Below, one piece after another: positions 34,301 through 39,200 of a DNA stretch of 64,000 nucleotides. The number at the start of each line of letters is the position of its first letter. Position 1 is the first letter of the stretch. Under the pieces are notes generated by a model. That model saw nothing but the letters and a program-made list of their open reading frames with translations, was not told the DNA's origin and searched no databases. Origin of the DNA: a virus. The stretch covers positions 1 through 64,000 of IMG/VR virus record IMGVR_UViG_3300008448_000049; one strand, 5' to 3'. Both the position numbers and the translations under genes were made by a program.

Positions 34301-36262
34301 GTTAGACTTAAGAATGTATTAGATCCAGAAGAGTCTGCTAAGAGTGTATTTATTGTAAGCAATAATGAGTCAGATGAGAAGTTAAAAGATTTCATGAATG
34401 AGATTGACCGTTTAAATAAACAAGCTGAAGATTTTAGAAATCGCGGACAGTTTAGTGCTTCTGCTCAACTTTTTGCTGAGGCAAATGAACTTCAGTCTAG
34501 TCTTGCATTTATGAAAGATCTAGTATCTGATAACAACAAAGTAAAAGTTAAAAAGACTTTAGACTATGGTTATGCTCACACTATCCACAAGTCACAGGGA
34601 GGAACCTATAACAAAGTACTAATACTTGCTGATACTATTGATAGTCATAGAGATCCAGAAACACGTCAACAACTTAAGTATGTTGCAATGTCAAGAGCTT
34701 CTGAAAAGGTATATGTATCTACTAGTCATGAGTTAGGTACACCAATCATACGTGATGGCCTTGTCGCTCCTGGTGACGTAGCTCCAACTGTAGAGCCTGT
34801 TGAAAGTAAGCAACCACAAGCTTCTACAAGTACTAAACCTGATATTATTTTACCAATTGGTACTTCAGGCAGTGGTAAATCTACTTGGATAAAATCTTTA
34901 CCTAAAGGGCAATTTACTTTAATATCTCCTGATGAAATGAGAGTGGAGTTTACCGGAGATATGAATGATAAATCTAAAGATGATGAAATATATAAGGCTG
35001 TAACAGAAAGAGCTATAAAAGCTGTAAAAAGTGGCAAGCAAGTAATCATTGATACTACTAATCTTAAGAAGGAAAGAAGAAGACCATTCATAGAAGCTGT
35101 CAAAAAAGCAATGCCTAATGCAAATATTCAGTATAAGCTTATGCCATTGAATGCAGAATTAGCTAAACAAAGAATAAAAGCAGATATTGCTGCAGGAGTT
35201 AATAGAGCAAATGTATCAGATGAAACCATAGATAGACATGCTGCATCATATAAAGAGATGTTAGAAGATATTAAATCTGAAGATATGTCTAATTATGATA
35301 CTCAGCCACAAGCTTCTATAACTACTGATAAGTTTGCTAAGAAGAATATATTTACTGTAAAGCCTATACAAACAGCTGATACAAAAGCTATTATTAAAGC
35401 AAGTATAGCTACTCAGTTTATAGGATTTGGTGAAGGTATTGAAAGAAGCTCAACAGAAAGTTATAGACAACAAGTAGGAGCATTAGCTAATACAGGTAAC
35501 TACTCAAAGGATGATGTTATATTTGTGTCTATTGGTGGTAAAAGACCTGCTAACAATTTAGAACTCAGGAAAGCTCAACAAGATAGAACTATTAGAGAAG
35601 CTTTAAAAGCTATTGAAGCAGGTGCTACTATACTTACTGATAATATAAATTACATACATACTGATAATAAAGGTAATCTTCAAAATGTAAATATGAGTGT
35701 AGAAGAATTTACTAAAACACAAGGTTTGTATAATGAAGGTGAAAAAAGACTTGCTAAAAATCTTGAATCTAAAGGATATAACTACTCTGAAATAACAGTA
35801 GATGGTCAGCTTATTGGTACATGGAGTAAGCCACAAGAAAGTAACATACCACAAGATACGCGTAATGGTGAGGACGTGCAGGATGATAGTAAAACTCCCC
35901 GTCCAATTAACGGTATGGTCATGGACCCCTTCTTTAAAAAGAAAATTGATAAGACTATACAGTCTATGCAACAGAAAAAGAATGCGGGTATGACGCTTGA
36001 CTTTCCTGTTAATGGTATTGGACAGCACATGATTGGAGCTGACCCTAACACTGGAAAATTAATTGGTGATATTAAGCCTATTGCATTATCAAGTTTCGTA
36101 TATTTGTCTGAGCAGCTATTTGAGAAATTTGGGTATGTTAATCCTAACTATGAAAAGGTACTTGGATACATTGGGGAACAGAGCCCGATCCAAGCTGCTT
36201 CTGAAGTTACTGATGACATGCTTGACACAGCCCTTAGCTTTTGCTTTAACAATATAGTATAA
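22337..36262 (+). CDS. Virion-associated RNA polymerase (crAss/phi14:2 gp66-like) polyvalent protein: zincin + RNAP + SF1B helicase + P-loop kinase + further domains
   Basis: 4641 aa. HEAWH 25121-25135 with EEYLAE. RNAP motifs DAQGW, RIPTQ (~29660) and SGGDFDIDK (DFDID 29777-29791). Helicase motifs GYAGTGKT (33401-33424), DEASM, GDPAQL, YAHTIHKSQG, YVAMSRA. Kinase motifs GTSGSGKST (34859-34885) and IIDTTNL. Confidence 0.9.
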   Translation: MSCLSQEEIRDALFDLVAGDLYDKAKEDQVIDLPAYIKEVYEFVKESSEDEATAISAAAMAPTIVKLILALDTELVDKIETKNPDLESDNLALIKKFKNNTDAVRETVGATKPVAIDDSTLKSSASIKVTDERPTSKIKESFNRFMTWAFQTFRVDIKNYENPKDNDWMKSKVEEALNFTVQKKINQALFEQGINDSSEMKLDGVEGGVYLRAMNGDTLRLNYAPLIPKTEKGWTPFLSKYDIYMVLTNEAGVPIQFDPEGTVVKDGQLSYLRAKSKAPMDAKGNYISHEDKEALEKYINKNVNNDPYYSSAISKKTGSEAVKVIAKSIQEQLEMMAKSYNPLYGTKKLTDKENEELKNRATDELKKEYAVLEKMRDYVIANSSNPDKFLLSVMTGTSEGFVPYSPYVTTPLKDINFEQGFQPRVIKEIQSATSNVYQSGVYFDYPNIDEPISINKKPLVQQDDILNSVIDLFTKDLWMTINGVLQPVPIGRREELINQFIVNDLHHVYFMADRKSGTINYEDKDGTINIMVDGTRYPLKFDGSKSGQEAAAAAIRKQLSTGMIVYDENGRYPEDKSINTKPKALKAASALNTQIVYAEYETDENGIKTIKPNDLERVNKPGVYAIQKGTNYDFVGTNGQPEYDYFHANVPSIVIVDKLIEPGYDEISFTQEGDKVILNTKNASYKDFLKNNFTTNAVPYNYNNTDEKGKIEVVNSSVTFSPTAESMIKLAGGEKNSGAVDNQEEIARLRAEEQELLKREIPNIDAYKVDGKVNPFLIPTTEEREKYEKIWEDYDKKISPLLKFAPAEPKAAETKPAEPTIEPLTTKTTASLSPEDILNSLNDMSNESDFERNSRLKLSGARGSKEQLDAAAEWYAKSPLKEHFPFKVVLAALNAQKPGPAARWAVNGITLFRYFNNPDVSGDYTDLYHEAWHGFTQTFLTPEEREAMYEEARKKKGSFTDYNGKRVAFADAKWKQLEEYLAEDFRAYMMSGGKIKDKTSSTKNGIFTRIMNFLKELFSGVNINDVNYSPLGIPKIQAMYENLKLGNLSGYNFNVENRDKTIGALDHAMIASKNDENMPELDFETTNKIMSSVNSIISSYTNTRNLKEDTRVHRQVYSYTTTLMKDKTRALEVYKYIKSIFENEVLSNLNRDLAAAKAKPDNEYEVIALEQDITGIQWAINNFGDLTNLANNKDGKDVIGYHLKTSRLLTEEDRAELLDEVSEVDALIKASEKFDRPGNDVGSYDMAPPEVKYVLSTIHKWEGTKPVMNSFGIQELSDPSIVWNRISRTLKGTMSASEMYEKLQAAAGKDPIIADLLKKLGPVKTHTAAETDLWIKFWTVFNKAEIPLMQMTVFREKDIEGRELDEYSIKIGSNNSVSRIAQTRWTNTFSTVTSDYRKRDPQKANEIYLDVKKVIEQFGVKDRTGKYIFEDAKNSYEFFRAIGIELSDSDELRDIVNKGKGKATRIFDRLNNILNRGTDKIYNLKDIFKEYPAVDKIAALSSETTLTDLANEEVKFADYASNYAVNNAEGNIQFEQSLHNSISIMISAINSSKDYADLISKPFMAHLDIDKNPFAKASVWLNSIYKMDEYKKGSTTEVGVKRDQKSDINLKAAINMSNLSGVSIVSDKRDEGVASASADEFTKLILDFHVSNVIGRPELMRHADKGTSFSLWLSDIITPGSSDNKSYVDTIDFINQPLDNGSQYVPGYGNASRVLKKYIDAEMQRITKLKALKDQKDLIYDAKYLKEGQNFVIFEDVLSPKTRAFLSNYPTLAEAAAVDPDISNDIDREIAKYFDNQSKQVGRMMNSANYISKSLMVKTATDANKANKANVTNKTVKNALIKSFVVNSWIHNIESMAVIYGDIAQYKLEKEEFHKRNAGAGSTGGLIASDPVFIEYVNNKSRLSNIPGRSNTYAEKMKIFGKDGQTKKLASDGSFQSAILEDNNIRSEYFEDIANALIDSEEKKLGSREKAIKKVLGFEVDKEGKETGKLGTIDEPFKNGSVYAFTEMNEGDAQGWITFDFYKATAILEGSWTPAQEKLYNKIINEEPVDYSEVLNFFPTKKYQYWGPVQHKDKDGKAIDGPPLTAFYKFSLFPLIPNVVKGKNLGALHTRMMEKGIDFAMFESGSKISNFTRINADGKADKDKFYSSVDGQDRTVDATGDMVPNTVFLQFLKKQLEIAPYFKGKVTFPTQMRKLIENGLMEAGVPTDYEMHLPVKQREKLWRSLSLEKKLENSQFYRLVKNYEKDLSDLTKLKMKKLEAEASIKRDEDGNVIFNEKLAEFIIKELDRQDLAEHEIGFIKSGTNNTLAHDLSYSLSAEKIEKILNSIVVKRLVKQKFKGEGLIQVSGAGFEDTLRGKLTDEEKAKYGTNGLAFYKRKGGPNGTTSAMKVKIALQGSFENLLYLKDKDGKEIGTIERLNQLLKDESWLDIGDHRKMVSITGPRIPTQENNSMEFAEVYEFLPREAGNIVILPSEIVAKSGGDFDIDKITFMMPNISSGINWASWLEEGSGKREELQKSTTLDLSAENVKRVIDNRKADELSVEDQAVLRILAENSDKNVKFPFDSKTEEGLENRILDDMKNILSLKENYVSLVRPNGTDIVKPLADELSSKVMDYNPKKRLYDAPNSSRIAGTRLFEIPYNMYKHTSNSIGKQTLGLGAVDNTFNTVFNRIGARMNYEYWGSRNVKRRLDLLFNHNTLQDDQGRDVISLSHLMDVNNDNSISSIIGQLINGWVDIAKDAWIFNLQGNKEISPSLLFLVQAGVPLKQAVYFVSQPIIREYVKEMQQAKSTFAGPMGKGTDNPNLFRGEARKVIFKKLGYDASQMAVFNENNEKKQEFLDKRTLELTDKKTGSEIDFFNPDKVEANLKNKIDAYANAVKEQQESSDSEAPLNYNYDVKDEAIFLHFLEVEEMTNSATKFKMALNVDTTKTNNIFQAQNKNEIIKDLQTDGKLPAEIVKLIQEESPIGSFFTQDFQIGLWKNLFKLRNDDDLNKWILNKTRQMGFKDEVDETFGDDERFVNNLRNDWISFLFQNQIRKFDIDKVKDYKGLVIQDTLGVKLAPSIKYGVFVAPDKTGALTVYMDKVKLRQDFAKLSNSTSLETATLLPDGTIIKPADVDAAAFPTPDTYYKFVIERELLRAMYPGKTKWSVLLERADVSRKLKDALESGPTFEGESKQKREARINTEVYEETLRDMALENTYNTWKMFQSRTSMADQFNEIAALYPELRKNYSLMNILTGTIRNDKNNSNRIGNLQLLDSLLDGTKLNLLHQNLKDMSDPTKLRINVKSAQERTRIAEFFNKFGLYAFLQSGLNTSGRFSLTRVVPQEMFTAMMSEYMGDFMKNMNELTFERYYTKFKAINSRAGSTSYRDYTVPEFDMAADKNKVVDNPVGSAKELMFNEKKSRIDNFYLDNAGNKLYHANEFSLNKEDTMQAITMTQAADILESRPTEVIIFNGTDGTTAGQGTKGEAAFDASLSTHSNLIAFPVKKSYEMISGNIPNSALITDISIEEAERMKAEIKQQEKIINNLVSGPKLEVGVYAEYKGDNYIVTKKLDNGTWQLYNPDIGSKLAVSPSNFALLMDKPISLTNRDVKYWVSPLHNNAIISQVSNNKMNWPDENGVKREIMAKVQSQSSNKNADQQNITQPAQNTFKFADGTIIDTPFKLNEQQEKALLSLENFYNKPGEYDNQITLLGYAGTGKTSIITIFDNYLKKKFVKPLYSSPTHRANAVTKMKNPKAAVYTLHKLFGLKGQIKFEDGDYDLRDLNFAAFDKDGKLNKNAKVQKGDILIVDEASMVNDALYDFLEKFKQILNLKIIYMGDPAQLKPVKQKDLSKTFEKGTQLQLTKVERTGDNPILEEATNLRNGKDFNYQTKMIGEQGVEYSDEANFTNRIIGENYTSDEFKDNKLYFRILSATNAVLPGINRRVRELLYGDEADKQLVKGDLLMGNNNFDIDYKTKQPLIINSGDYIVDSIEESVKTLPVGNKTISFNGFQVRLKNVLDPEESAKSVFIVSNNESDEKLKDFMNEIDRLNKQAEDFRNRGQFSASAQLFAEANELQSSLAFMKDLVSDNNKVKVKKTLDYGYAHTIHKSQGGTYNKVLILADTIDSHRDPETRQQLKYVAMSRASEKVYVSTSHELGTPIIRDGLVAPGDVAPTVEPVESKQPQASTSTKPDIILPIGTSGSGKSTWIKSLPKGQFTLISPDEMRVEFTGDMNDKSKDDEIYKAVTERAIKAVKSGKQVIIDTTNLKKERRRPFIEAVKKAMPNANIQYKLMPLNAELAKQRIKADIAAGVNRANVSDETIDRHAASYKEMLEDIKSEDMSNYDTQPQASITTDKFAKKNIFTVKPIQTADTKAIIKASIATQFIGFGEGIERSSTESYRQQVGALANTGNYSKDDVIFVSIGGKRPANNLELRKAQQDRTIREALKAIEAGATILTDNINYIHTDNKGNLQNVNMSVEEFTKTQGLYNEGEKRLAKNLESKGYNYSEITVDGQLIGTWSKPQESNIPQDTRNGEDVQDDSKTPRPINGMVMDPFFKKKIDKTIQSMQQKKNAGMTLDFPVNGIGQHMIGADPNTGKLIGDIKPIALSSFVYLSEQLFEKFGYVNPNYEKVLGYIGEQSPIQAASEVTDDMLDTALSFCFNNIV
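34811..35318 (+). repeat. 16-bp direct repeats (CAACCACAAGCTTCTA / CAGCCACAAGCTTCTA, encoding QPQAS) flanking the kinase module
   Basis: Copies at 34811-34826 and 35303-35318, 15/16 identical, in frame. Confidence 0.65.
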
Positions 36263-36267
36263 CCAAT

Positions 36268-39200
36268 ATGATAACATGTCCTAATCTTAGTAATCCTACT
36301 GTGAAAGCACAGTGGGATGCTATTGCTAATAACCCTGCTCTAGGTAATAGAGAAGCCATGCGTGAATTCATGGAAGCTGAAATGAATAACAGGCCTATTG
36401 GTACACCTGAACAGGTGATGGCTAAACTTGAAGCTAGGGAAGTAGTAAACCCTATAGCAAGTCATGACAAGTTTGTTGCAGATATGAAAAATATTATAGC
36501 TGCTAAGTCTAATGACCCTGTACTTACTGACCCAGATACACTCTACGGCTTTGCTTCCGTAGTACAACCTATTAATACTAAATCATTATCTGTTACTGAT
36601 AACAGTAACGGCCGTGCTATGGAAGTCTTAAACAAGCTTTCTGAGGCAACAGGCATTAATTACTCTTTCATTACACCGGAGGAAGCAGTAATCATCACTG
36701 CTAATTCCAAGAACCCATACACTATAGGTAGAGCACCCGCATTTTTCCACGGGGGCACTGTATACTTCATTAATGGTATGGTTAATACAGAACTTGCTTT
36801 CCATGAATTTGCTCACCCAATTGTTCGCACTATACAACAGGACAACCCTGTTCTATTTGAAAAACTATATATGGACGCTATTAGAGCTGACCAGACTCTT
36901 TTGGATGAAGCTATTGCAGAGTATCAAGATTTACAAAAGGCACTTGACAATGCTGTTGAAGATGAAGAGAAAGATGCTATCAGACTTAAGTTACAGAAAG
37001 CTGTTGCGGAAGAAGTAATTGTTAAAGCACTTACTAGAGGAGCAATGCTTAAAGAAGCGGGTATTAAACCAAGCACTGGATTAGCTAAAGCACTTAACAA
37101 TATATTAGCTGCTATTAAAAAGATGCTGAGGAGCGTCTTTGGCAATAAAGTAAATGTAGCCAAGTTGGATGAAACTACTTCACTTGACAAGCTTGCCGAG
37201 ATGTTACATGCCGGCGGGAACTTTGTTATAAACACTGAGACTGTAAGCCAGGCGGATGTTGTTGCGTATAATCAAGACTTTCAAAATTATGTGAATGATT
37301 TAAAGCAAGCTACTGAAGGTGACAAAGGCCAAGCTGTGATGGCTATGGCTAGAAGAATTTATGAAGGTGCTACTGATCAAATTGAAATGATTATGAAGAA
37401 CAAGAATTATCAGGAGATGATTAACTTGTTTGCCGATCAATACAACCGTGGTGACTTACAGGAGATGCGTGCTAATGTATCCCGTTATGCCCGTGAGCTT
37501 GAGACCAAAGCTGAATCAATGATTGAAGATATCCAAAAGACTCAGAGTCAGGTACAATCTGTTGTAGGCGCTATGCTCCGTTTAAAAGTCATGATGACTA
37601 AAATGGAAGAGCACTTGAATGAATTAAGAAAGGACGCTACTAATAGAGACAACGTACACAGAGCTTACTACTATGCACGAGTACTTGAGTATTGGCAAAA
37701 GTATATTTCTGAAGCTCAAGATATGATGATTAAAGCAGGTGCCAAATCTGATTCTCCAATGAATCAATTGCTTGGTAGTATAGAAACTTCTATGAAAACT
37801 TCTGCTAAACACATCAACCAGATGAACAATGAAGGTATCTCTGATATCTTATGGGAACAATGGGAGAGCATGTCTAATAGAGCTGAAGAGTTATTTAAAG
37901 ATAAGATTAAAAGATTAGAAGACCGGAACGCTAGCCAAGCTGCAATAAATAAAGAGTACGTTAAATTCTACGGTATGAATAAAGCTGATTATGAGCGTTA
38001 CAAAATGCTTCAGGCTAAACAAGAATCAGGTCAGGATTTAACTTATGAAGAGAGTAAGGATTTAGAGATTGGTAAGAAAGCCAGCTTTGATGGTATAGTT
38101 ATGTCTCGTGAAAAAGTTGCCCGTGCTATTCGTGGTGAGGGAGCAGATGCTAGATACATTGAGTCTTATTTTGAAGGATACCTTTATAGTAGTGACCCCG
38201 TAATTGGTGGCTTTGCTTTGTACTTTAAAAACAACATGACTGAGATGGAAGCTAGAGTACAATCTAGAGTTAGCGGCATGTCGGGAGCACTTAAAGAATT
38301 AATTGATGATGCTGGCATAAACTTTTTAAAACCAGGAGAGCTTGGTAAAAAGATAGGCTTTGTGGATAAGTTTGGATACATTGATAAGAATGGGACTTTC
38401 CAACAAAAAGAAGTATGGGCAATGCTTAATCCTTACAAGGATTATAGATATGATGTTGATAGGTTTAACAATGAGTTAAAAGGTTTACGTGACCGTTATA
38501 ACAGAGACCGTAGTAAAGAGAACCAGGAAGCGTTTGCTGCTAAGCTTGCAGAGAAGAATGCTCACATGCGTAAATGGATGCAACAAGAATACGTTGATGA
38601 GTACTATGAAAAAGATGACTTACTTGGTAAAGATGCATCAGATACTGTAGGACAAAGAGCTAAGTTCTTGAGAGATGAAATCTTTAATAGAATGGAGATT
38701 ATTAATCTTGCAGCTAATAGAGATGACCAGTTAGTAGATAACACTAAAGAGATGGACGATCTGTGGAAAGAGTACAATCAACTGTATTCCTCCTATTACT
38801 TAAACGGACAAAAGAAAACAGGTGTTGATCTTGAAGTTGCCCAACGTTTACAACAACATAGAGATCTTACTCGCAAGTTCCATGAGTATAAACCTAGAAC
38901 TGGTGTATATGAGAATGAACTAGCTAAGAAGGAACAACAGATCCGTGACAACTTAATCTCATTACAATATGAAGAAGGTACTGAAGAGTTTGATGATCAG
39001 TTTGAAGCTTACCGTGATATGTGGATTAAAGCAAATACAGTTACTAAAATTAAACCTGAGTTTTATGAAATACGTTCAAAACTAATTGAGAATCTTAAAG
39101 AGATATTAGGAAGACCTGCAGCTAGACTTAGACAACAATTAAAAGATCTTGAGGCTAAAGGTATTAAAACCGCAGCTGACAGAGCGTTAAAAAAAGACTT

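Noticed and set aside
22337-36262. Inteins in the giant RNAP or in PolB
   Set aside because: The RNAP has no internal Cys, and I saw no HN-(C/S/T) end paired with LAGLIDADG blocks; PolB is of normal length
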